Assembly: GCA_964016885.1 (NCBI GenBank)
Contig: OZ024753.1
Span: 30,628,001-30,692,000 of the forward strand
DNA from: Eledone cirrhosa
Taxonomy: Eukaryota
Reading direction: 5' to 3'
Length of the DNA stretch: 64,000 bases
Under the pieces are notes generated by a model. That model saw only the letters and a list, made by a program, of their open reading frames with translations, ran no database searches and was not told the DNA's origin. The position numbers and the translations under genes were made by a program. This document shows, piece after piece, positions 25,926-37,722 of the stretch (position 1 is its first letter; each line of letters opens with the position of its first letter).

Positions 25926-26372
25926 GACAATAACTAAACAACCACAACATTATTTAAGGCCGGATGGTATCCATCTTAATCGATGGTATCCATCTTAATC
26001 GATGTTAAAACCAAGATATTTCATTCTTGGCGTCCCATAGCTACCGTTTTTCTGCAGTATAATCGTAAATACATCTCAATTTATATTTTTGTTGGGATTA
26101 AAGTAAACATTGAGTTTTAATTGAAGAGGTTTATAACTTTTATTTTCGAAAAGCACAATAGTTCTCGTCACTTTACATAAATCGGAATGAAAACGAAATT
26201 AAAGTGAGGGTTTGAGAAAGTTCCAAATCAATATGGATTTTTCCTGATGATTAATAATTTTTGCAATAAAATTATACTTGGTAATTTTCCAGCGATACTT
26301 AATATGCATCATTGAGGAATACTACCAGAGCCCAAAGATTCTACTTAAAAAAGGATAAAATGTAATAACAAC

Positions 26373-26592
26373 AATTGCTTTTACTTTAGGCACAAGGCCA
26401 ACAATATTTTTTTTTTTTTGGGGGGGGGGGGGGGGTCAATTAAATCGACCCCAGTGCTTTACAGGTGTTTTATTTTATCGACCCCATAAGGATGAAAGGC
26501 AAAGCTAATCTCAATGGGATTTGAAATCAGACTGTAAAGGGCCGTAAATTATGTTGTCCGACGCTCTACCGATACTGCCAATCCACCGCCCT
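26373..26592 (-). mobile_element. SINE1, long-tail variant
   Basis: Reverse complement of head and core. Confidence 0.85.
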
Positions 26593-28249
26593 AATAATAA
26601 TAGATGAGACCTGAGTAATTGAAAAGTAAGGGGAGAAAATGTTCATTTCTCTTTTTTGATGCATTGCCAATAATCAATATTTGCTTAAATTTATGTGTCA
26701 CCTGATTTCATTTAGCAGGAATCCTCGCTTTTCCCAGAAATGTGTTTATTTATTCGTTAACTATAGCTTATAAAGGATGTCCTTTGTGTAAAATTTAACC
26801 TAGTCAAACGCCATAATCTTTACATGATTGATAGTTGAAATAAACTGACAGAAACAGCGAGATGGCTTGGTGTCAACATACTAATTTGATCCCATCTGAC
26901 CAAAATTCATTTAATATACAAATGATTGAGAATGGAGCGAGTGGATCATAGACAGACGATTTGATTTGACTCGGTGTAAACACGAAATACATTGCAATTT
27001 ATAATATAATAAAAGTTTGATATTACTAACATGCCGAAGCATGAAGACGTGAAGTCTATTGGTTTTCTTGAAACTAGTTTACCTGAAATAATATTTTTTC
27101 GCAGAGTATTCATGTGAAGAATGGCTGAAGGCTGTGAGTTGGCAGCAATGGTGGATAGTGAGATTGTTTTGTTTTGTTTGTTTGTTTGTTTGTTCTTTTT
27201 TACTTAATTTATTTAGCTTTAATCCTATATCAGTTAATAGCTTCAAATCTTGCCGTGGGTCAACCTTGGATTTAATTTAAATTCCAGTGGATAATGGAGA
27301 CTATTCCATTAACTATATCCCTGCCCTAGAAAATCTAATTTTGTACACAATGAACTGACGTTATTGTGAATGATTGCTCAGTAAACATTTAGTACAACCC
27401 TGAAGGATACATTTCTGGCAAGGGGAATCTTTATTTAAACATGAAACCAACAAACTCTTTTCCGTTACTTTACTTTTTTTTTTCAGCGCAACTATCATTA
27501 TGAGTTTATGCTTTCAGCAATTTGCCTCGATAAAGCAATTAATATTCTGCAAATAATTATTTAAGAATTGTTGACCAATTGGCATGTTAGTAAAATCTGA
27601 AGAATTCTATCTTGGATAATGTTCGCTCATATCACACATAATATCACACATAATATCACAAGCAAACATATTCCCAAGATTTGGCCTCCGACGAAAAAAC
27701 ACGTAATAGAATTTCTTTTTTGAAACATTTAATGTAATTGCTGACATTAATGCTTTTCAAAAATATAGAAGTGTCATAATTTTCAACTTTTATACTTTAC
27801 TACTACAATGTTTCGCATTTTACACATGTGTCTACTTTCTGTTGCAACTGGTTGACTGAATAATATGATGTAAGTATATGGCTTGAATTCTGTCCGTCTT
27901 TAAGGAAGGCATCACGTTATCCAAGTCCACATATTCGTCGTATACAACTGTAAAAACAACGAGCTCACTGTACACTTGAGTAGTTTGTTGAATTATAGAA
28001 CCGAAATCTATTCCTTGTTTTGACATTCATGTTAAAGTAACACTCAACATAATCGATAGAACAAATCCACCATTGCCATAAACAACTGATATACAATTTA
28101 CATTATTTTTAAATTCACGTGTGGTAAATTTTGATCTTTGTTCAACTAGGCAAAAAAGTTTTATATTTCAGAGAATAAGGATTAAGATTCTGTGATGTTT
28201 ATGTCTTCTAAGTGTAAGTGTATTGGAGAGCTGCAGGCAGAGAGAAAGA

Positions 28250-28425
28250 GTTTAGCTGGATCTTGTGAATAGTGCAAACATGGAAGGTGTGAAAACGTTT
28301 TGTTACCTAAGAAACGTATTGAATAGAGAGTAAGGATTGAACTTTGTATCGGTAGCTAGAATGAGAATCGCACAGAAGTACTGGGAATTGAAAGGCGTGC
28401 TAATGAGGAAAGAATGTCGCTGAAA
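28250..28425 (+). pseudogene. Decayed RTE RT fragment
   Basis: Translates to VKTFCYL...VARMRIA..YWELKGVL, similar to IVDSFRYLG...VARVRTGWKKFREL of the RTE at 58627. Confidence 0.5.
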
Positions 28426-29485
28426 TGCGTAAAAGGTCTTAACAGGTTTTAAACCACTAAATACACCATGGAGCGTTAGTATGGAAGAGTAGTTAACATT
28501 CTGAGTTCGATCTTCCTTCTTTGCGTCTTGGACAAGTTTCTTCTACCATAACCACAAATCGATTTAAGCCGACTACTTTGACGGACGGAAACTGTCGCAG
28601 CACGTCCGACGGATTGAGCTTGTAATTCTATGGTTCAGCTTTGTTACATACATAACACTCCTTCGGATTTTACGTGTTGATGCCGCAAATAAACAGATAA
28701 GAGCTGCATGGAGTAAAGTGACTACTATGACTGCTCCAAGCATCCAGACACTTAGCTCATTTAGGGAAGAACACATCGATCATTCAAATTTGATACTATA
28801 TTGAATTCATTGTATCAATCAGGGTATTGTGTTGGTACGTAAAGTGTTGTATGTTTTACAAATCAGGGGGAAAACAGTTAATGGAAAGGAACGTAGAATG
28901 TAGTGGCTCATATTTAGTTAATAAATTACTGCAGTATATTTTATCATGAGATCTATTTCAATCTTTTTTATTCTCTTAGTAAAATATGTTCGTAACTTTT
29001 ATCTAATCAATGCTTGAAGAAATAAAGTGATCGTTTCTATTTATTTCAAGTAGATTTGTGTGTTAGTAAAGCAATCCTGTCATTGTTACTTCTTACAACA
29101 TTGACGTTAAACTCAGCATGAGATATCTTTCTCCACAAAGTTCAATCACCAGCAACAGAGTTTAAAGAGCAAATATCAAGTCCAGTCCAGTCCATAGGTT
29201 GACATTATCAAGCCCTCATTTTGGCTGCCGGCCTCTGCTTCTCTTACTAGCGAACATTCCTTCCAGACATAACCTACTCACACCACGAGTTGATATTTTT
29301 ATATGACCGTATAGTTTGAGTACTCTTGACGTGACGATTGTTAATGGCATTCAAAAGATTCAAATGATTTCAAAACATTAAGAGATGGCTTGATGTATGT
29401 CATATATTTATACAAGTGAAAAAAGAATGGACACTTGAAGAATGATATAATTTCAATACATGTTCAATCAATCAGTCTACTAACA

Positions 29486-29677
29486 CAATTGTTTCTACTT
29501 TTGGCACAAGGTCAGCAATTATTCCAGTGTATTACTGGTACTTTATTTTATCGACCCCGTAAGGATGAAAGGCAAAGTTAACCTCGGCGGGATTTGAACT
29601 CAGACCATAAAGGGCCGTAACTCTTTGCTGCAAAGCATGGCGTCCGACTCTCTACCGATACTGCCAATCCACCGCCC
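29486..29677 (-). mobile_element. SINE1 with TSD-like AGTCTACTAA flanks
   Basis: Full head, core and tail on the minus strand. Confidence 0.87.
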
Positions 29678-30133
29678 CCTTCTAGTCTACTAATATAATT
29701 GTTTCTATTTACTAATATAATATTTATTCATTTGTAAAGACGGGACAAAAAGAATTTTTCAGTATTTATTTTTATCCTTTTTCAATTTTCAATTGAAATA
29801 TAATAGGGCTGAAGGTTGCTTCTCGTCACCCACACTCCACCTAGCCTCTTCCCGGAGTTAATAAACTTGTATCAATCAAATAATGTAGAGGAATCTATTG
29901 AATATACCACATCTATTCAGATTTAGAAATTTATATTTATATAAGAAATCACCATATTCGCTTGCAACAAAGAACCAAAAGTTAATCTCCCGGTTGGTTG
30001 TTTCAGTAACGTTCCAATAAATCCAGGAATATATTCCTATCAATTACACCGCAACAAACTTTATTTTGATATGTAATTGAATCCAATTCATTTCACTCAA
30101 GTTCGTCATGCCTTTGAGTCAGACGTGAATATT

Positions 30134-30352
30134 GGTTTCTGATTTAGGCACAAGGCCAGCAATTTTCGGGGAGGGGAAAGTCGATTAAATTGACCCCAGT
30201 GTGTTACTGATTCTGTATTTTATCGGACCCTGTAAGAATGAAAGGCAAAGCTAACCTCGGTGAGATTTAAACTCGGAATGTAAAGGGACGTATCTCTGTG
30301 CCATAAAGCATATTGTTCGACGCTCTGCCGATACTGCCAATCTACCACTCTT
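30134..30352 (-). mobile_element. SINE1 with 16-bp TSD
   Basis: GTCAGACGTGAATATT at 30118-30133 and 30353-30368. Confidence 0.87.
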
Positions 30353-30552
30353 GTCAGACGTGAATATTTAAACAAATCTATGTCCAATCCAAACTTAGAC
30401 TTGTGTATGTCAAAAAAAAAAAAAAAAAAGTTTATTTTCAGAGTCGAGCTTCTGAACAGACATGATCTCGATCCCTTGTGAGAAACATTCCCTTTTGTGT
30501 ATTTAGATTGTCTATTTGGAAAGAGGGTCGACTCACTGTTTCTCTACACTTA

Positions 30553-30765
30553 GTTCTTCTTCTTCGCCCACTTATTCTTGAGAGGGTCGTGGGGGTAGTC
30601 CTCAAACACTCCTTCGAGCAGGTCCTGTCAGAAGCAACCATCTTCAACTTATCCGACTGAATCCCCAAGCGTGACCAGCCAAGCTCATGGATGTTATCCA
30701 ACCGTCTTGCTCGGGGTCTAGCCCTTGGTCTCTTGCCGGTTGGTTTTGCCGTAAAATCTGTCCAG
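30553..30765 (-). mobile_element. RTE-type LINE 3' end (second copy 63505-63670)
   Basis: AKPTG(K/R)RPR(A/G)R.RAR(R/W)LDNIHEL C-terminal motif and (GAA)n tail. Confidence 0.65.
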
Positions 30766-32974
30766 CGATTTATTCTGAGACATTCTAACCACATGTACAT
30801 AGTATACATAGTATCGAAGCTGTGATATCTAAATTCGGAGAAGTAGCGGCTCTTAGACTTAATACATAAATTTGTTTTACGCTCACGTTCGCGTTATTAC
30901 CTAACATGAATTTAATTGAATCTCATCCTTAATAAGTTTCACAAGGGAGTGAATATCACAATATACTGTGCTTCTCACCCTACAAATATGTCGGCATATG
31001 TCTCGCCAAAAGAAATCGATATTGGTTTCCCTGTGGCAAACAACTTTCTGTTGCCAAAAGAAAATCGATAACATTTTATTATATACAATAAGAAAGAAAC
31101 AAATAATTTTTATTGTGATATAAAATGTAAGATATACAGAGGAAATTATGTAATTTGTTTTGGCCAGTACAAATAGTTCAATTATGATATTCATAAATAC
31201 ATAAACGACAGCAAAGAGGAAAACCCCATAATGACACTAAAAAAATTAAAAAATATAAAATAAAAAAAAATGGCAAATACATTGAAAAAAAAAAAATTAT
31301 TAACAAAAAGTAATTTAATTTATATTAATTATTCCCTCGTGGAAGAATTCTTTTCATTCCACAATTTTTCATTGAGTATTTGAAATATTCAGTGCATTAT
31401 TTTGGACAATTTCCATACTTCCGTTTTGAAGCTAATTTCCCAAAGTCAGTTTCATCAATTGAGTTTGAAATAAATTATTTGGTGAAGGGTGACAGGAGAA
31501 TAAATGTACTTAATTAAATCCAAACGTGTGATTAAGTCATATTCTATCTACTCTCATGGTTTAGAGTAGAATAAAATATAAATATAAACTATGGAAATAT
31601 ATATCCAGAATATAGAGTTCAATATAGTGCAACTTTATTAATCAATTAATTTGTATAAATGGTCATTTGTCTTGGTAGAAATAGCAGCCAAATCTCCTTG
31701 AAATGTCATCCTACTGTCTTAAAGGAGAAGGACATTATTGTCCTCGATGCAGTATGTCTGAAAAATTAGAGAATGGTCAAGGTTGGAAACTCTTTGATCA
31801 GAAATGTGTTAGATCAGGGCGGGCGACCCTGAGGTAAATTATCTTCATAGCCATTAATTTATATTATTTAAACACGTGTTTAATCATATTAATACAAACG
31901 TAATTACTAGTGGTGATCGAGTCAAAAACAGTTTGTTTTTTTTACAAATTTTAAGCTAAAATACCTATACGTCAACTAACTGTGAATGACGCTATAGTTA
32001 CTGTGAGTAAAGTCTAGCAAATGATACGCCATAATTTGAGCGCCATTTAATCTATTATGCAGAGATTTTCTGAGATATTCGCTAACAAGGTGGTGGTACT
32101 CCATTTAATATAGTTTCTAAATACATTTCTGTTTCATTACATCCATTGATTTCCACGCTTTCTGAAAATAATCGGATCGGAAGCTATTAATTTTTAATAA
32201 GATTAAAATATTTTAAACTCGTCTATAGAGATTATTATTTTACAATAATAAAATTTAATTTAAATTTAAATATAACCCAATATAGATGGCGTGTTTATTC
32301 ATTTTGTGCTGCTAGTTTATCACGTATTCAACTACTTCACTATCTCATAATTTCTATATGTTTAGGTCATTTATAATTGTATATATTTCATCTTTTACAA
32401 TTTTAGTATTCTATAATTAAATATTTTATTACCTTTAATAATTGTTTCTACATTTGGCACAAGGCCAGTAATTACCCAGTGCATTATCAATTCCAGAATC
32501 GGGAGAGATCACTGCCGATTGTACCTGACCGGTTGTAGAAGCCTTTCCTGAACCGAGACGTTTTATGTTCGAAAAAATTGTTTGTGAACCGATTTGTTCG
32601 TGATGAGAGGCTTCGTGAACCGAGGTTCTTTATCTTTAGAGAAGAAAGACAGACAATACCAACTCACCACTAAAAGCTTCAAATTATTTCATGTTAAAAG
32701 TAAACTTATCATGACTACATTGACTGAAAGTTAGTGATTGAATTTATCCCAGAGTAACAGTAATAGCTTTACCTGCTTTGTATCAAGTGAATGTATGATT
32801 GTCAATGATATATTGATACGAACGCGCGATCTACCAAAATTGGCTTTATTTGGTTTTACTGTAGAAAACTATTTATCAACTGAGAAGGTGTTTGAACTTC
32901 TAGGTTATCAACAATAGACAATATACAAACATAGTTTCGTAGTATAGTAGCATTTAATGGGAATGGTTTTGAGG

Positions 32975-33245
32975 TCTTGCGCCATAGGGTGCTGCCTCAA
33001 TACCGCCGCGCCATAGGCCCATCACTCTCTCCCTTCCTCCTCCCAGTCTTCTGTGACACTAGAACCCTTGCCTTTCCCTTCCTTTTCCGTTTTCTTTTTA
33101 TATTTTCTGATCCTACATTCCATTCTTTCTTCTCAATCTATCTTTCTTTGCTTTTTCTATTAAATTGTTTTTACTAATCCCCACTGCCCCTTGTCTTTGT
33201 ATTGCCCCCTATATGTCGGCCGTTGTGGCCAATAAATGAAATCAC
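32975..33245 (+). mobile_element. LINE-like 3' UTR fragment (related minus copy 46920-47048)
   Basis: Ends TGTCTTTGTATTGCCCC...TGTGGCCAATAAA like 56795-56840; pyrimidine block homologous to the reverse complement of 46930-47000. Confidence 0.5.
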
Positions 33246-33261
33246 TATTATAAACATCAAT

Positions 33262-33459
33262 AGGGCGGTGGATTTTTTGGGAGTATCGGTGGAGCGTCAG
33301 ACATCATGCTTTGCAGCATAGTTATGGCCCTTTACGTTTTGAATTCAAGTCCCGCCGAGGTTAGCTTTGCTTTTCATCCTTACGAGGTCGATAAAATAAA
33401 GTACCAGTAATTGCACCAGGGTAATTGCTGGCCTTGTACCAAAAGTACAAACAACTATT
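33262..33459 (+). mobile_element. SINE1 with AAACATCAATA TSD
   Basis: Head, core, tail and flanking direct repeat. Confidence 0.85.
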
Positions 33460-33935
33460 ACAAACATCAATAAAGTATTACCATGGTACAAGTAGTTTCA
33501 TGTTTGTCTCTTTTTTGTTTTTGTTGTTGTTGTTGTTGTCTTTTATTTATCATCACCAGAGTCAACACAGAACAAATGTCAAGTTGTTGTCAACACATGA
33601 TTGCCAAGATGCGAGATAAACGTTAATTTATTGTTATGTGGTTAACTTGGTATAGAATACTTCATTGCGACTTAATTTTAATGTTCGCTCATGCTACATC
33701 TTCAGCATTAATTATCATTATCGCTAGCCTCGAAATGGAAAGAAAGAAAATCAACACCTATGTCGCGTAATCGGAGGACACAGACTCACAGACTCGCACA
33801 CGCACACACACACACACACTCACACACACTCACTCACTCACTCACTCACTCACTCACTCACTCACTCACTCACTCACTCACTCACTCACTCACTCACTCA
33901 CTCACTCACTCACTCACTCACTCACTCACTCACTC

Positions 33936-34172
33936 TAAAAGCTTCACGGCACAGGCATTGCTTTATATTTGGAGATCTCTCTGCACTTGTCGTCACATGG
34001 TACCATGGGCCCAGCACTATGTGTCAATAATTGTCATAAGTGTAGTGTTTGTACCAGAGTTTTCAGGTCGCTGGCTGGACTAAAAAGTCACACTCGTTCA
34101 GTGCATCGGTAGGGGTTCTCCTACATGGATATAAGGTAGTGGCCGTACTCGAAAACGAGTTGGCAGCCACCA
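33936..34172 (+). mobile_element. 5'-truncated copy of the 1043-1640 element
   Basis: Near-identical to 1404-1640; follows a (CACT)n tract. Confidence 0.85.
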
Positions 34173-34654
34173 TGTATGTATGTATGTGTGTGTGTGGGAG
34201 GAAACCGAATGTCCAAACTGCTAAATAGAAAATTGACCTTGTTAACCGAGCTTGTCAGTTGAAAACTTTCTTAGTGAACTCATGACGTTCTTGCCATTGT
34301 TTGTAGCATTAACTTACGTTTGGTTGGAGTTGAGAAATTCCTATTAAATTCTTTGTTTTGCCCTTAGAGTTTTGTCTTTCGATTTTCTTTTGAAGTATAT
34401 TTTAATCTAAACAATTCAATACCCAATCTTTCAATCCCTAAGAGAACATATATCGGCTGGAATGTAAAGAGTTGAAGAACACCGACATATATATATGTAT
34501 GTGTATTTCTAAAACTTTCCCTAATTTATCTTGCTAATAACGTGAGTCTTTTTAAAAGGTCTCCGTGGAATTTCGTACATTTTAACGTATTTGTATAAAT
34601 TCGTTCATTCAGCTTCCAAAACAACAACAGCAGCAGCAACAACAACAATAGTAA

Positions 34655-35324
<670 letters not shown>

Positions 35325-35326
<2 letters not shown>

Positions 35327-35549
35327 ACACATGCTCTATGGTGCAACACAAAAAATATATGTGCATATATATATGTATATATGTATATATATATATATAT
35401 ATAGTGAATATATGTATGTGTATATATATATAGTGAATATCATTTCACACCTTTTTTTGTTAAGATTTTTGATGTTCTATTAAGAGAGCCGATTTTACTG
35501 AAAAAATCGAATAATGTACACCATTTTACCAGGGGGAAAAAAAATACTG

Positions 35550-35630
<81 letters not shown>

Positions 35631-35812
35631 CACACACACATACACACGCGTACATCAACATACAAAGAGACTTATATATACACACACACACACACACACG
35701 CACTTCTCCGTATAAGACAAAAGCTGAAAAATATATTTTGACATGCTAAAATACCCCCCATTGCTTTCAGACACATTCTTACTGACCATCCCTGCCACCA
35801 CGAATTACTCTG

Positions 35813-35880
<68 letters not shown>

Positions 35881-36385
35881 TTGTTGTGAAAGAGTCATTT
35901 CTCAATCTTGGCGCAAAACCAATTTTTTATTCACATGACCTCTACCGACCAATCAAAATTGTTTTGACCACAAGAATTTTTGCTGGAGCCACTTTTTTAA
36001 TATAAAAACAGTCTTGGCGCAAAATCAATTTTTTACATTCACATGACCTCTACCGACCAATCAAAATTGTTTTGACCACAAGAATTTTTGCAAATTGGAG
36101 CCACTTTTTTAACATAAAAACAGGTAGAATTCCCAAAACTAATCAGATCAGAGCAAACAGCACGGACACTCTATCTCAAAATTATTTTTGAAAAGCATTT
36201 AGAAATGCGCAACCGGTAAAAACTTAAAAACTTAAAACCACAACTGAATACTAACCCATACAATCACTAATACTCTTTTATTCCTAATTAAACCATTTTT
36301 CAACTGTGAACAATTTGTCAGCATTTTCTATTCCGTTTACCAATATATAATAACTTGTGTGTTACACCTCTATTCTTTTAACTAT
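35325..36385 (+). repeat. 5' pseudo-LTR (direct repeat)
   Basis: Colinear with 40097-41264, including microsatellites and an internal ~105-bp tandem duplication (35905/36012). Confidence 0.92.
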
Positions 36386-36495
36386 CATATCCTCACACGA
36401 GATACAGAAAATGCCAACAAAAAACGGATACAACCCTCATCAACTCAAATGAAGAGATCCTACAGGAACTCAAGAAAATCAACACCAACCTATCT

Positions 36496-37722
36496 TTGCT
36501 GGTCGACAAACTTGATTCCACAAATAAGGAAACCGCCACCGGATACAAACCCTCCGAAATCGGCGACAAACTCCAAAACCTTTGCGATACTATCCAAACT
36601 ATGTTCACTACTACCAACCCAGGAAAAACCAACAAAGAACCATGTGAGATTGATTCACACAAAATGAAAATTCGAACAATTCCAAAATGGAACAAATCCC
36701 TCAGAGACAGAAAGTTCTCATTCTGGAAGATGATACAAAATCACAACAAAGCAGAGATATATGAAACATGGCTTAACTCAACCCCTCTAACTCTCCCCCG
36801 TAAACTACAAATAAAGTCCATTCCAAATGAACCCGAACCTCAAAGACACCTTAGGGAAAGAATGGCATTGGAAAAAATGAAGACAGAAATTGAACTTCTT
36901 AAACTGAGGGCCCAGACAAATGAAGAAAAAATCAAAACCATCGATGAAGAGATCCTCCTGGAAATCAACAACAAAACTGAAGGCCCCAAGGTAGAGAAGA
37001 TCTCCAAATTATGGAAAGGGGACTGCAACAGAGAAGAACTGAAATCCCTTCAACGCTGGGAAAAAAGTGCCGCTTGGTTCCTACACTATGAATCGACTTT
37101 TCAAACGGATTACACCTCCAATAACCCGTTCATAAAAATAGGAAAACCCATAACTGAACCGCACAACAACTTCTCAAACCCCCAAGCCTCTAACAAACGA
37201 AGAAGGAAGCACCACACCGAAGATGAACTTCCCAACCTCGCTACCATAAGAAGGAACAAAAACCCAAGAAATCATCTCCCCCAGAATGACATTTACAACT
37301 TTCCCCCTTCAAGGAGACACCATACCAAATCACTCAACTACTACGCGGATGCCTCATCGTCAAACATAGGGAAAAGATACCACCGCCATGATAGATGTAA
37401 CAACTTCCCCGCTTCAAGGGGACAGCAAGGTAATTACCATTTTCTCAACTCTCGCTTCCACAATACACAACAAACCCACACCACACGATACAACAAACAA
37501 CGTAGACCACTTATAACACCACAATACAACATGGCACATAGAAACACACACCCATACTCGCAGTACAGGAACACCCCATTCAATCTACAACCACCAACCC
37601 GAACCACATTTTACAACAACAAGGAATATAACAAACACAGGAGACCACTTAACATCAGCAGACAACCCCTCTACCCCAACCATTTTTTAGACACAGCACA
37701 CAGATACAGGCAAACAAAATAA
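36496..37722 (+). CDS. PLE ORF1: coiled-coil N-half, basic N/R/H-rich C-half; frame open from 36382, true start uncertain
   Basis: 408+ aa uninterrupted; heptad-like LRERMALEKMKTEIELLKLRAQTNEEKIKTIDEEILLEINNK; lies between the pLTR and the RT ORF. Confidence 0.7.
   Translation: MLVDKLDSTNKETATGYKPSEIGDKLQNLCDTIQTMFTTTNPGKTNKEPCEIDSHKMKIRTIPKWNKSLRDRKFSFWKMIQNHNKAEIYETWLNSTPLTLPRKLQIKSIPNEPEPQRHLRERMALEKMKTEIELLKLRAQTNEEKIKTIDEEILLEINNKTEGPKVEKISKLWKGDCNREELKSLQRWEKSAAWFLHYESTFQTDYTSNNPFIKIGKPITEPHNNFSNPQASNKRRRKHHTEDELPNLATIRRNKNPRNHLPQNDIYNFPPSRRHHTKSLNYYADASSSNIGKRYHRHDRCNNFPASRGQQGNYHFLNSRFHNTQQTHTTRYNKQRRPLITPQYNMAHRNTHPYSQYRNTPFNLQPPTRTTFYNNKEYNKHRRPLNISRQPLYPNHFLDTAHRYRQTK

Noticed and set aside
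28573-28776. 67-aa ORF with a hydrophobic stretch
   Set aside because: Short, no recognisable family or splice support.
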